Counted from the first letter of the stretch, positions 13,401 through 26,390 are shown. The stretch: DNA of 64,000 nucleotides from Camelus dromedarius (GCF_036321535.1 NC_087466.1:2790001-2854000), one strand, 5' to 3'. A program made the numbers and translations. The notes: generated by a model not told the origin, from the sequence alone.

Positions 13401-15050
13401 CCCACCTGCTTCTGCTGGTGGTAAATTTGGGGTCCAACTGCCTGGCCATACTACTTGGTGGGAGTCACAGAGCAGCAAGAACTGTCGAGGCTTCACTGTG
13501 GGTGGCCTGTGCTAAGCGTTGCCACCTCCCTGCTGCGCCCGGGCCTCAATAATCCTGAGAGGCGATGGCACTGTCCTCACAACCCTTCACACACACAGAG
13601 GCCCAGCCCCAGCAGAGCTAGGGTCATGGCCCATGTCGGACCCTCGGCAAATGCAGCCCTGCACCTAGCCCCAGCCTTGTAATAACAACCACCAAATGCC
13701 CACTGGACAAAAGCCATGTGTGGCAGGGCAGTAGCCCTCTCCCAAACACCTGAATGGGCCAGGCCCCTGCTGAGGTGGGCACCAGTGCCTCCAGTTTGCA
13801 CAGGAAGGGGCACAGGGCACACAGTGACTGAGGGGCACCACTGGACGGGGACCCATGGGTGCTGATCTGAAACCTGGTTCTGGGCACATGGCCTGGGACC
13901 CCAGGTCAGCTCTCCTCAATCCGCTGGCCACAGGACTCATGGATTCTGGACAAATCTCTCTGTCCTGGGCCCTCCCCCAGCTCCACCAGGACCCCAGGCA
14001 GCACTGTGCAATGGAGGTAGGCAGGCGGTGGGGGGCTCACCCAGGAAATCCAGGGTCATCACATGACCGCAGACGGATGTCATCTTGAAGCGGACAGGCT
14101 GGCCAGCGAAGGTCCCTGAGTACTCGTGCACCGAGCATGTCCCGTTCAGCCCTTTGCGTGAGGACATGCTCCCTGGGGAGAAGCAGGGTAATGGCCACTC
14201 CAGCAAGCTGCACCCCACAGAGCCCCGGGCAGGCCAGGGACCCCCTCCCTGCAGTGGTCAATGATGACCTCCCTTAGGCCACCGAGGGTGCTGAGAGATC
14301 TGATGGCTCCCCCTCAGCTGAACTTTCTCAGCCTCAGGGGACCAGGCACTTATGGGGGCTCCCTTCCCCCTCAGACCACGACTTCTCAGCCTGCTGCCCT
14401 GGGGTGTCCTCCGCCCTCAGCCACCAGACGCCTCTGGGTCCACAGCACCCAAACACTCTTCCTACTGAGGGAATTCAGAGGCAGGAGGGAAGCAGCTTCC
14501 TCCCAATCACCCAGGGGCCAGGGTGGGGCGAGGGCAGGCACCCTGGGGTCCCTCCAGTGACATGAGGCGCATGGCTGCAGCTGCCGGGTCCTGGACAGCA
14601 GTGCCCACAGCAGGGCCTCATTAGATCAGGCCGTGCAGGGTCTGGTCATGTCTTCCTCCTTCCAGCAGACTCTCTCTGTATGAGTTAGCAGGGCTGGTTT
14701 CTGTTGACTGTGACCGACAGCCCTGCCAGGGCCAGGGCTCGTCCAGGGGCCTGTGTGCACCTCCCTGCCGTGTGGGAGCCCCGGCCTGCTCACGCTGAGT
14801 AATCACCCCCCATGATGACCAAGTGACTAAGTGGCCGAGAGCTCTGTCCATGCCTGCTGGCCTGAACACAATCTACTCCAGTGGGCTGGGATCACCCTTC
14901 GGAAAAGAAAGAAATGCCCTGCAAGTGAACCGACCAGCTTATGGATCAAAGCTGGTGAGAGGACCGGGCTGCCCTCCTACCTCGAGAGAGGATTTTGGCG
15001 ATGGACTGGGCCAAGGATGGCTTCTCTGCCACCATGAGCACGGTCTTCAT
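1467..15050 (-). CDS. TOP3B: DNA topoisomerase III beta, 17 coding exons, 861 aa
   Basis: Coding exons with GT-AG ends: 14981-15050, 14041-14172, 12877-12983, 12325-12399, 10959-11155, 10340-10496, 9329-9442, 7661-7751, 6205-6359, 6011-6116, 5203-5349, 4914-5087, 3889-4017, 3651-3800, 3212-3312, 2457-2658, 1467-1945; total 2586 nt, in frame. Starts [22 protein letters not shown]; catalytic GYISYPRT (Tyr336); Cys-rich zinc-binding region; GR-rich tail ending [12 protein letters not shown]. Confidence 0.98.
7471..7560. repeat. ~29-bp minisatellite, 3 copies, in a TOP3B intron
   Basis: Repeated unit GGGGTGCCAGCA(C/T)AGGTGAGCAGGGGTG. Confidence 0.7.
7860..8040 (-). mobile_element. LINE-1 3'-end fragment
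   Basis: T-rich tail followed by tattcagtttacaatgttgtgtcaatttcc...ccctgtgctgtacagta, the reverse complement of a typical L1 3' UTR. Confidence 0.7.
9908..10021 (-). mobile_element. tRNA-derived SINE (Vic-1-like)
   Basis: Reverse complement of GGGAGGGT(T/A)TAGCT..GTGGTAGAGC...GTCCTGAGTTCAATCCCCAGT with CTAATTACCTCCCC tail. Confidence 0.85.
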
Positions 15051-15869
15051 CGTGTGTCAGTGCTGTGGGGCCCCGGCCTCACGCACGCTCAGGGCAACGA
15101 CAGTGACCCAGCTCGTACGCTGCCCCATGCAGCTGCCTGCCGCCACCACACCACCTCCTAAGGAGGAAAGACACACAGGAAATAGCCATGCCTCCTGCAG
15201 GAGCCACACCACCAACGGGCAACTCCCGCTCTACACAAAACAAACCCTAGGCAAGAAAGAAAACTCAGGGAGACTTGAAGGCACCCAGCAGATGACTGCC
15301 TGAGGGAACTGAGCCTCCGGGATGACCTGAGGAATGTGGCTTCACTCAAGAGAGGTTGAGGTGGCCCCACAACCCCAGGCTGATTTTGTCCCCGAATCCA
15401 CACTACGAAGACGTGAGGGCCTCTGGGCCTAGCCCCCTGCCCTTGGAGCCACTGTGTCCCCTAGGGGCCGAGAGTGGCACCTCCACCTTGGTGGCGCATC
15501 AGGGTCCCTGGGTGCTTCACCTAACACAGGCCCAGGCTGGGCACCCATTTCCTCCTGACCCCCAAGTGGAGCTCATGAGGCCTTCCCGACAGGGTCTGGT
15601 CCACCTTTCAGCCTGGCCTGCCCCACCTCTCATTTTGCAGGCCATCCTCCGGCCAATTAAATTGGACACTGTCGCCTAAAGGAAAAATACATCCGCTAGC
15701 CTGGAATGCTCCTTGGAGCCCGAAGGCAGCTGGATGCAGAAGGCCTGGTTCAAGGGCTAAGTCTCCTTTAAAGGGCTCTCCCTCTCAGGGAAGGCAGGTG
15801 GATTCTTTCCTGTGAACTGCCTGCTCATATTTGTGCCCATTTTTTTTTCAAGAGGGTTGCTGTTTTCCT

Positions 15870-18468
15870 ACTTTTTTTCGTTTTCATATTCTTTTTCATT
15901 ACAGGTCAGTACAAGATATTGAACATAGTTGCCTGTGCTATACAGTAGAAACTTGTTGATCTACTTTACATAAACTAGTTAGTATTTGCAAATCTCAACC
16001 TCCCAATTCATCCCTCTCCACCCCTTTTCCCCCCTGGTAACCATAAGTTTGTTCTCCATGTCTGAGTCATTTCTGTTTTATAAGTANNNNNNNNNNNNNN
16101 NNNNNNNNNNNNNNNNNNNNNNNNNNNNNNNNNNNNNNNNNNNNNNNNNNNNNNNNNNNNNNNNNNNNNNNNNNNNNNNNNNNNNNNNNNNNNNNNNNNN
16201 NNNNNNNNNNNNNNNNNNNNNNNNNNNNNNNNNNNNNNNNNNNNNNNNNNNNNNNNNNNNNNNCAACTACTTTGTCTAGTCATCTGTTGATGGACATTTA
16301 GGTTGTTTCATGTCTTGGGTATTGTAAATAGTGTTGCTATGAACATTGGGGTGCAAGTATCTTTTTGAATTAGAGTTTCCTCTAGATATATGCCCAGGAG
16401 TGGGATTGCTGGATCATACGGTAAGTCTATTTTCAGTCTTTTGAGGTATCTCCATACTGTTTTCCACAATGGATGCACCAAACTACATTCCCACCCACAT
16501 TGTAGGAGGGTTCCCTTTTCTCCACAACCTCTCCAGTATTTATTGTNNNNNNNNNNNNNNNNNNNNNNNNNNNNNNNNNNNNNNNNNNNNNNNNNNNNNN
16601 NNNNNNNNNNNNNNNNNNNNNNNNNNNNNNNNNNNNNNNNNNNNNNNNNNNNNNNNNNNNNNNNNNNNNNNNNNNNNNNNNNNNNNNNNNNNNNNNNNNN
16701 NNNNNNNNNNNNNNNNTTTGATAGGGTTCCTTGTTTTCTGATATTAAGTTGTATGAGTTGTTTCTATATTTTAGAAATTAGTTCCTTGTCAGTTGCATCA
16801 TTTGCAAATATTTTCTCCCATTCTGTACGTTGTCTTTTCATTTTGTTGATGGTATCCTTAGCTGTGCATAAGCTTTTAAGTTTAATTAGGTCCCATTGGT
16901 TTATTTTTGCTTATATTTCCATTACTCTAGGAGCTGATTTGAAAAAAATATTGTTATGATTTATGTCAAAGAGTATTCTGCCTATGTTTTCCTCTAGGAG
17001 TTTTATAGTATCCGGTCTTACATTTAGGTCTTTAATCCACTTTAAGTTTATTTTTGTATATAGTGTTAGAGAATGTTCTAACTTCATTCTTCTATGTATA
17101 GCTGTCCAGTTTTCCCAGCACCACTTATTGAAGTCTTTTCTCCATTGTATACTCTTGCCTCCTTTGTTATAGNNNNNNNNNNNNNNNNNNNNNNNNNNNN
17201 NNNNNNNNNNNNNNNNNNNNNNNNNNNNNNNNNNNNNNNNNNNNNNNNNNNNNNNNNNNNNNNNNNNNNNNNNNNNNNNNNNNNNNNNNNNNNNNNNNNN
17301 NNNNNNNNNNNNNNNNNCCAGCTCTGTTCTTTCTCAAGACTGTTTTGGCTATTTGGGGTCTTTTGCGTTTCCATACAAATTTTAACATTCTTTTGTTCCA
17401 GTTCTGTGAAAAGTGTCATGAGTAATTTGACAAGGATTGCGTTGAATCTGTATACTGCCTTGGGTAGTATGGCCATTTTAACAATATTGATTCTTCGAAT
17501 CTAAGACCATGGTGTATCTTTCCATCTGTTTATGCTGTCCTCAATTTCTTTCATCAGTTTCTTACAGTTTTCAGAGTACAGCTCTTTTGCCTCCTTAGAT
17601 AGGGTTATTCCTAGGTATTTTATTCTTTTTGATATGATGGTAAATAGGATAGCTTCCTTAATTTCTTTTTCTGCTATTTCATTGTTAACGTATAGAAATG
17701 CAACTGAGTTCTGTATACTAATTTTGTATTCTGCAACTTTACCAAATTCACTGATGAATTCTAGTAGTTTTCTGATAGCATCTTTAGGATTTTCTACGTA
17801 TAGTATCATGTCATCTGCAGATATTTCATTTCTTCTTTTCCAATTTGGATTCCTTTTATTTTTATTTTTTTCTGATTGCTGTGNNNNNNNNNNNNNNNNN
17901 NNNNNNNNNNNNNNNNNNNNNNNNNNNNNNNNNNNNNNNNNNNNNNNNNNNNNNNNNNNNNNNNNNNNNNNNNNNNNNNNNNNNNNNNNNNNNNNNNNNN
18001 NNNNNNNNNNNNNNNNNNNNNNNNNNNNNNNNNNNNNNGTTCTCTTTGTGCCCACTTTCTGGAGGGTTTTTATCATAAATGGATGTTAAATTTTATCAAA
18101 AGCTTTTTCTGTATCTATTGAGATGATCATATGGTTTTTATTCTTCAGTTTATTAATATGGTATATCACATATTGAAAAAAAAATCCTTGCATCCCTGGA
18201 TAAAACTCACTTGATTATGGTGTATGACCCTTTTAATGTGTTGTTGGAGTCGATTTGATAGCATTTTGCTGAGGGTTTTTGAATCCATATTCATAAGTGA
18301 TATTGGCCTATAATTTTCTTTTTTTGTGGTATCTTCCTCTGGTTTTGGTATGAGGATGATGGTGGCCTCATACAATGAGTTTAGAAGTGTTCCTTCCTCT
18401 GCAATTTTTTGGAATAGTCTCAGAAGGATGGGTGTTAACTCTCCTGGAAATGTTTGGTAGAATTCACC
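15870..18468 (-). mobile_element. 5'-truncated LINE-1 (3' UTR plus part of ORF2), about 2.6 kb, in TOP3B intron 1
   Basis: Minus-strand ORF fragments typical of L1 RT ([46 protein letters not shown]), with stops and four N-runs. Confidence 0.93.
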
Positions 18469-19258
18469 CTGTACCCCCTCCCCGAGTGTCCTGCTTGTTC
18501 CTGCCCTCAGGCCTCACCTCGGTCTACCTCCTCCACCCCCTGCCCCTCCCAGGAAAAACCACTCCTGCCACCATTGCTGTGCCCCTCCATGGATGGAGTG
18601 TAGTTCATCTAGGACACCCAGCACTCACTGGGCAAGTGTTGGCTGAATGAATGAATGAATGAATGAGCAACCACAGCTGGTCTTATGCAGCCTCCGCTCT
18701 CCGTCCCAGGGGATAGTCAGAGGCCCAGAACAGACCTCCCGCATCCCTCCCAAACCCACAGAAGCCAGAGGCCTCGGGGAACATGGAAGCAAAGGGAGAG
18801 TGCTTTGCAGGGGCTTTCCCATCCCTTTGCCCTAAAATCCTAAAATCCTTCAGATTTTCTCACTTCTGCAGCATAAGAGCTGCCAGCCATCACACTGGAG
18901 GCATCCTGCCAGTGTCCTCGGGTGTGCGTGCTGTGTTGAGCTGCCCTGAGCGGGAGCTGGAGGGTCATCGGGGAGACCAGAGCTCACCCACATTTATGCT
19001 GTGGGCCTCTGTGAGCATCCCTCCAGCACTTCTCTCTGTACCGGAGAGCATCTCCACTGACTCATCTGGTTTTTGTCTCACAGTTCCCGGAAGGTAAACT
19101 CCAGGGGAACAGGGATGTTACTCTAGTGGCAAGTAATATAGGCAATTAACAGATACTGCCTGAATGAATGACTCTTGATTATATAAAAGCCCAAGTCTGC
19201 TTGCAAACTAATAATAAAAATACTTTTTTCAATATCTAAAAGTTATTTAGAAAAAAAA

Positions 19259-19374
19259 TTTTTCTTGAGGTGGGGAGGTAATTAGATTTGTTTGTTTGTT
19301 TAATGGAAGTACTGGATTGAACCCAGGACCTCGTGCATGCTAAGCATGTGCTTTACCACTGAGCTGTATTCTCC
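19259..19374 (-). mobile_element. tRNA-derived SINE (Vic-1-like)
   Basis: ttgaacccaggacctcgtgcatgctaagcatgtgctttaccactgagct plus ggggaggtaattag tail. Confidence 0.85.
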
Positions 19375-20086
19375 ATGCCTCTGATGTCCAAAATTTAAAA
19401 ACTGACTTTAAATCAGTATGAGTATTGCAAACATTTCCCCTTCTCAATGTTCCTTTCTCCGTGGGGTCAAAGTTTCTAAAAGTTTCACGTCTCTACTACT
19501 CCCCTTCATACCTAAGGATCCTGAACACTTCTCCAGTAAATAATTAACACATTCTTCAGTACAGATCCCTTCAGAGAGAAACATTTTGCCCTAGCATCTT
19601 TAAAGAGATCACATTTACCCAGGACCAGAGGTACAACTGGGCAGTCAGTCATACAAAGGTACAGCAGCGTTAGTCCCAATTTCAGGTCACCTGTCCACCT
19701 GTCAGACTGTGTACCTGCTATGTGGCCCATCTCCAGCAGCTCTGGCTGTAAAGAAACACGTGTTCTGTTTTAACAGTTTATACTCCAGTATTGCACGAGT
19801 ACTTTGTAACGTTCTGAGTACCACTGCTTTATTAGGGAAAAAAAATCACATCCTTTACAGATACGGAATCATGGAATCCTGGGGAAAGGAGTCTTGGTGA
19901 CAATCTGGTACAACCATCTCAAGGAAGAACAAACTAAGACCCAAGGAAAGCAATTTTTCCAAAGGTAAGCTGGGAAATTTACCAAGCTGGGGCTGAAACA
20001 CATGCTACCTTACTTCAAGCCAGGTACTTTTTTTTTTTTTTTTAAACTGCACCAGGTTCCATCTCTTAAGAGATTTCAGGAGTCTT

Positions 20087-20226
20087 TTATTTATTCATTT
20101 ATTTATTTTGGTTGGGGATGGGAGGCAATTAGGTTTATTTATTTATTTAATGGAGGTACTGGGGGTTGAACCCAGGACCTCTTGCATGCTAAGCAGGCAT
20201 TCTACCACTGAGCTATACACTCCCCC
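20087..20226 (-). mobile_element. tRNA-derived SINE (Vic-1-like)
   Basis: ggttgaacccaggacctcttgcatgctaagc...ctaccactgagctatacactcccc with (TTTA)n tail. Confidence 0.85.
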
Positions 20227-21149
20227 ATTCTGCAGTCTTAACATTAATTTTTTGTGATAATCTTGGAGCCTCCCTACTTTTCCATTAAGGCATATCTCCA
20301 ATTTCAAAATGGAAGCCAGCAAGAACAGAAGCTGAAAGCAATGGTTTGCAAACTTCATTTATATACCATCTTAACACCTTTGCCTTACCGACATTATTAT
20401 TTTTTTAAGTTTTTGCTTTTTAATATATAAAAAAGGAAAATTTTTATAGCCTCTTTGGAGCTGAAGGCCTGTAATCAATCATGAGAACTAGAGTCCTTCC
20501 AGTGACCTACATGGTCTATCAGGTTCAATTTCGTTGTCTGCCAAAGCTCTGAGCCTGAAGTCTGTCCTCTTATTTCAGAAAGGAAGATGAGCAAGTGCTA
20601 AGAGTCTGTCGACACCCAACACCCCAAATTAGAGCTGTAATTAAGAGGGCTGAAAGTCAAAGGGAGTAGAGGTTAGCCTATTATTACCCTGCCAACTCAC
20701 CAGGGACACCACAATGGCATGTGTCCTTGGCAGATACTGTAGATAAAGTCCTTTCCTGTCAGTGTCTTACGCACAAGTGGATGGCGTTTGGGCGTGAAGG
20801 CTTAGCAGTGGTCCGCACAGCATTTAGACCCCTGAGATTTCCCACCTTAGTATCGCATCAAACACCTATGGAGTCAGAGAAAGAAACAACCATTTCTTAA
20901 GCTCCTCCTTTGCGGACATGCTACAGCTATAAACGCTCCTTTATTTAATCTCGCCAAGAACCCTACAAGGCCGCGCTGTAACTTTTTAAACAATGAGTAA
21001 AGTAAGGTTGAGAGCAATTCAGACTAGAGCCAGGTGACCTTTGCCAAGGTTCTAGGGACCCCAGGGCTCGCTGGCCACCAAGCCCACGTGGGGCTGAATT
21101 CTCACGTCCTGTTCTCAAAGGCCGAGCGACAAAGAGGCAAGACGAGGCC

Positions 21150-21760
21150 TCTGTGAGAAAGTACTGCCCCGGATTCCAGCTAATTTGTTCACAGAGGTGC
21201 CCTCCCGCCGCCCCTCGTCTACACCGACCCCTCATAAAAGCACGCCCCGGCGCCTCAGTCGGGCCGGGGAAGGCGGGTGGAGCCTGCCGGAACCCCGACC
21301 CCGCCGGGACCGCCGCGCGGTCTCCACAGCCTCAGCTCCCGCTTGCGACACGGACCCCGCCTCAAGGCGCTGCCGGGGGCTCGGCGCGGAGGGGCTACCC
21401 ACGGCGTCCCCGAATCCGCCGCAAGCCCGGGGGAGGTGGCGAGAACGCAGGGCCCAGCCCGGCCCACCGCCCGAGCCGCCCGCCGCTCGCCGCTCCCGCT
21501 CACCAGCGTCCCGGCTCCGGCTCCGGCTCCGCTCCGCCTCCTGCTCACAGCGGCTGACGGAGGCCCTGCTTCCGGGTCCGGCCGCGGACGGCGTCCCCCC
21601 GTCTGCCTTCTGGCGCCGCACGCCCGCGTCTGCAGGTTCCCAGTCTCGCGCGTTCCGGGGCACACCCTCCAGTCGGCCCTAGCCGGCGGGGGTCCGCACG
21701 GGCCCCCAAACCCCACCCTGGCCCCTCCTCTCTTGGAGTCTCTGGGTGTCCTCTAGCCCT
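21150..21760 (-). promoter_or_regulatory. TOP3B: TOP3B CpG-island promoter and non-coding exon 1
   Basis: CpG-dense; minus-strand donor GTGAGC at 21498-21503; ETS-type CCGGAAG near 21570. Exon 2 acceptor at 15158-15159 gives 5' UTR 15051-15157. Confidence 0.8.
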
Positions 21761-21917
21761 TCACCCCATTCTTCCCCTCCGCGGGAAGGCAATAATGACA
21801 ATTATTTACAAAGATAAAAACTGGATAATAAGCATGAAAACATATATGCTGTTAATAATTAAAATATTAATATTAAAATATTAATTATTTTGTAGATTTG
21901 TAGATATTAACTACTAA

Positions 21918-22102
21918 ATAAAAGATAGATAAACAGCAAGGTCCTACTGTATAGCATAGGGAACTATATTCAATACCTTGTAAAGGCCTATAATGAAAAA
22001 GAATATAAAAAGGAATATACATACGTAAAAATGAATCACTATGCTGTAATTCACCAGAAATTAACACAACATTGTAAATCGACTATACTTCAATTAAAAA
22101 AT
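21918..22102 (+). mobile_element. LINE-1 3'-end fragment
   Basis: aacagcaaggtcctactgtatagcatagggaactatattcaatacc...acattgtaaatcgactatacttcaattaaaaaa. Confidence 0.8.
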
Positions 22103-22943
22103 TATTCTTAAAAAGTCTATATGCTGTTGATAATTAAAATAACTAAAAACTGCAGGTTTATGTATAACAGGCTTCTTTCAATGCTACAAATATTTGTGGA
22201 GTGAATGAATAAACTATGCAAAACATATCTGGAAGATGAATTGGAGAATAAAAGTAATTTTTTGTGTTAGAGCAACAGGATTATGGAAGGTTTAAGATAA
22301 TTTTCATGACTTTATTTTATTGTGTTTTAACTAATAGCATGCATGCAATTCCTCTTCTCCCTTAGACATTTCCCAGAACTTGCCTTTATTGGAAGACTAT
22401 CCCTGAGAGATGCTCTGGAAAAGAAAGTTCTGTGGTGAAAAGATTGGGAAAGGCCAAAAATTAAGAGTCACAGGAAAATTGCACTTTCAAAACAGAACTC
22501 CTGGCAAACCCACTCCTTGGCAGGGTCTCCACCTCCAAAATGGCAACTCCATCGTCCTGGTTGTTGAAGCCCAGTGCCTGCAGGCTCCCTGGATTCCTCT
22601 CTTCCTCTCACCCAATATCCATCACTGTCTATAGAATACATCAGAGATCCAATCAGTCCTCCCTGCCTTGGCTGCCCCCATCCTGCTCTGTCTCCCTCCT
22701 GGCCCCCACCCTGCCACCCTGCAGTCTGTCTCCACACAGCCCCCACTTAAGGTGGCCAGGGCTAAGGTTGGGTCCTGGGGTGCCACCAGTTAGCAGAGAG
22801 GCAAAACCAGAGCCCCTCTGCCATTGACCCAGCTCCAGGGTTCATTCTGCAGGAGGAAGGACCTGAGGCCTGGCCTCGCAGAGGGCATTGAGCAGTCAGC
22901 TCTGGAAGCCTGGGGGTCTCCATCAGAGCTGAGAAACTGCAGC

Positions 22944-23454
22944 TGAGACAGGAGGGGAGAGGGCAGGGCACAACCATTAAAAGAATGACACAGCCATTGA
23001 GGATATGACAAAAACTGGTTAGAACCTACTACACCCCAGATGGCGGAAGACTCGACTTCCAGTGGATCTTGTACCTTACACACTCATTGTATTACATTAG
23101 CTACTAAATGGCACGGCCATGGGCACCATGGCAGTTCCCAGGCTGACCATAAAAGGCCAAAAATGGGGTGCGGCCCAATTCCTAGTAATCCCTGCTTCTC
23201 CCTAAAATGGTTGGAATAATCCTCCCACTTGTTAGCATATGAAAGTACCCAGCCCATAAAAACTAACCACCCCACACTCCTGGGCCAGTCTCCTGTGACA
23301 GGCCACATTCTGTCTATGGAGTGTGTATCTCTCTGTATCAACTTGCTTTCACTCTACTATGGCTTGCTCTTGAATTCTTTCCTGCACTAAGCCAAGGACC
23401 CTCGCCTGAGACCTAGGACACGACCATCCTCTCGCACTCTATTTTTCCGCAACA
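22944..23454 (+). mobile_element. ERV1-class solo LTR (511 bp)
   Basis: TG...CA termini; 4-bp target-site duplication CAGC (22940-22943 and 23455-23458); U5-like ttgctcttgaattctttcctgcactaagccaagga; CATAAAA boxes. Confidence 0.75.
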
Positions 23455-24520
23455 CAGCTGCCCTGTGTGCTCTGCCTGGGCAGCCCTGCAGCTGCATCCT
23501 CCCCACAGACCTCCCAGGGAGCTGCGGTCTGGCCATCCCGGGGGCCCTTACGTGGACAATTGACCCAGGTTCAGAGGAACCCTTAGCTTCTCCTCACTTA
23601 CTCACAGGTTCTGGGTTGTGGTGGATGGGATGGCTGAGAGCTCCTGGGTCCCTCTTCTCTCCAGTTGGGCAAAGAGTCGGCCACGGTCTTCATGATACTG
23701 TTGGTACTTAATACCACCCAGTGCTTACTCCGTTTTAGGCACGTCTCTATTCTCAGTGCATCTAATTCTAGGAGTTAGATGTTATTAGTATTATCCTTAT
23801 TGTACGCATAAGGAAAGAGGTCACACAGGTGTAAAAGGCAGAGCCAGGTTTCAAAACTAGACAGCCTGGTTCCAGAAGCTAAGTTCTCACCCGCTGGCCT
23901 TAGGGCTTCTTCCTGCTTGCTCCTCCTGCCATCTTTTCCGGCTCCAAGTCCAGTCTGTGCTGACCCAGCGGGCCTCGGTGCCTGGGTGCCTGGGATGTAC
24001 GGTCACCAGATTCCGCACAAGAAGCAGCAGCAACTTCTGGGGTATGTCCCAAACTGGTAGCAGCGTCTGCCAGGTCCCCAGAGTCCTCACCTACGAGAGG
24101 AACAGTCAGCCCTTAGGGGTCCCGGCTGTGTTCTCCGGCTCCACGTTGGGCAACCCAGCCTTCCTGGCCATTGCAGGGCTGCGGGCTGAGGACAAGACTA
24201 GTCGTTACTGTCCCCTCTATGACACCACAGTTGAACCTGCATGGCTCAGAGCCAGACCTCAGGAGAAGTGAGGCCCACGCCTCCCGGCTCCTCCAGCACA
24301 CCAGGGACCTTGTCTGCTGGGTAAATCTTATTCCTTCTTGTCACCAGGATGGCTTGTAAGTCAGTTCTGGCATGTCTGTGCTTCTTGGACTCACATCTTA
24401 TTTCTATCGGCTCCAGGTACATCTGACTTTGTGGCTAACCATGGTGTGTTGATGACAGTTCAGCTGTGGCCTTTGCACTTGAAAGTTGTCTGGCTGGACC
24501 TAAAATCCTCAGCTTGGAGA

Positions 24521-24660
24521 GGGGGAGGGTATAGCTTAGTGGCTGAGTGTATGCTTAGCATGCACAAGGTCCTGGGTTCAATCCCCAGTACCTCCATTAA
24601 AAATATGAATTAAATAAATAAGCAAACCTAATTACCTTCCCCCTGAAAAAAAGCAAATAA
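24521..24660 (+). mobile_element. tRNA-derived SINE (Vic-1-like)
   Basis: GGGGAGGGTATAGCTTAGTGG...GTCCTGGGTTCAATCCCCAGTACCTCCATTAAA...CCTAATTACCTTCCCC. Confidence 0.9.
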
Positions 24661-25370
24661 AGTCACCCTGTGCCCAGACTCACACACTCAAATGCCCACA
24701 CAGGTTAAGGGGAGGCTGTAAATGAGTAAATATGGCTCAATGCAAAAAAGAAAAAATTAACCACCAGAAATTTACTAAAATTTGTTTATTCATCTACAGT
24801 GTGAACGTACAACAGACACAAATATCTATGGTGATGATTGTTTAAAAATGAAAGTGGAAAAATAGATCTTAAAAAGGAAACATTTACCTATTTTTACTTT
24901 GATAATTCATTACTCACTGATTTGAAATAAACTATCTCATTTGATTAAAATTACAGTGGAAAATTACTTCTCACAAGTGTAGATCCATCCAAATGTTGAT
25001 AAATTGATTGTAAAATTATTCTTCTTCTGTTTCCTCTCATCCAGATATTTGCATGGTAGTTGGCACTTAAAAAAAAAAAAAAGTGAACCAGAGCATGCGC
25101 CTCCCCTCCATGATTTTACCCTAAGAGAACATTCCTCTGGTCCCTTCCCTGCCTGCCATGTGGCACGGGAGGAACCCTCTGTCCTTTTTACCCTGCCTCC
25201 TCTACCCTGAGACTCTTGGGGATAGGCTGTGGGTNNNNNNNNNNNNNNNNNNNNNNNNNNNNNNNNNNNNNNNNNNNNNNNNNNNNNNNNNNNNNNNNNN
25301 NNNNNNNNNNNNNNNNNNNNNNNNNNNNNNNNNNNNNNNNNNNNNNNNNNNNNNNNNNNNNNNNNNNNNN

Positions 25371-25644
25371 CAGTCAAAGGATCTCTCCTTGGCTTGTAGA
25401 TGGCTGTCTTCTCTCTATGTCACTTCAGATGGTCTTCCCTCCACGCGTGTCTGTCTCTGTGTCTGCATTTCCCTTTCTTGTAAGGACTTCAGTCATATTG
25501 GGTTAGAGTCCACCCTAATGATCTCACTTTAACTTAATTGCTTCTGTGAAGATCCTCCCTCAAAATAAGGTCGCATTCTGGGTACTGGGGGGTTAGGACT
25601 TCAGCATGTAAACTTGGGGAGGGGACACAGTTCAACCCATAGCA
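25371..25644 (+). mobile_element. MLT1-type (MaLR) LTR, 3' part; probably extends into the upstream N-run
   Basis: cttggcttgtagatggc...taaggacttcagtcatattgggttagagtccaccctaatga...ggacacagttcaacccatagca. Confidence 0.7.
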
Positions 25645-26199
25645 CCCTCCAATGGGTGTGTCCCATTTCCTGCAAACGCTAACTGATCCAATGGCTGCGA
25701 AAAGATTCAGTCTTACCTCTTCCTTGAGCCCAGTTAATATTTCCTTTCTATCCTTATCCTGGAGAACCCCAGAAATCAACTCCTTTTCCCTCAGTGGTTG
25801 GGATCCTGGGGGAAGGGGAACATCCATCAGCGGTCTGCCAAGATGGCGGCCAGAAGAGGACATGTGGTTTACAGGATGACTGGGGACGTCGTAGGCCCCA
25901 ACCTCTCCAGCAGGCCCGCCAGCCTGTCTCTCCACGGGACCTGGCCCTCACATTTGCCATGGCCTCTGAGATGCTGGCAGAGCAGGAGCAGGGTGGATAT
26001 TTATTGAACAGAAGGGGGCATGATGATTTCCCTTGAGATTTTTTGGCTCACTCAACTTCATGCAGAGGAAATTTTGTTTCACTCAATGTCTTGGTTCCTG
26101 TTTGTGGGCTTCCTCTAGTTCCAAGACTCTGTAATTGCCTCCTAAGTGTCTTTGGAGAAATACAGGCCTGCGGTTTCAGGAAAGAATGAGTGTTGGGTC

Positions 26200-26390
26200 T
26201 GTGTTAGCCTGTTGGGGCTTCCACAACAAAGGACCACAGACTGAGGACCCTAAAGCACAAAAATTCATTTCTCACAGTCTGGAGGATAGAGATCCAAAAT
26301 CAAGGTGCCATCGGGGTTGGTTTCTGGTGAGACCACTCTTCCTGGCTTATAGACGGCCGCCTTCTTGCTGTGTCCTCTCATACAGAGATA
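26200..26390 (+). mobile_element. MaLR (MLT1/MST) LTR fragment
   Basis: acaacaaaggaccacagactg...ttcatttctcacagtctggagg...tccaaaatcaaggtgcca...ggccgccttcttgctgtgtcct. Confidence 0.65.

Noticed and set aside
17084-18375. ORFs with RT-like peptides as a host gene
   Set aside because: Broken LINE-1 ORF2 fragments.
20701-20736. Possible extra TOP3B 5' UTR mini-exon (GTGAGT donor, TACAG acceptor)
   Set aside because: Splice motifs alone are too common and there is no transcript evidence.
24521-24600. tRNA-like A/B-box sequences (nine copies in the window)
   Set aside because: These are SINE heads with shared AT-rich tails and TSDs, not tRNA genes.
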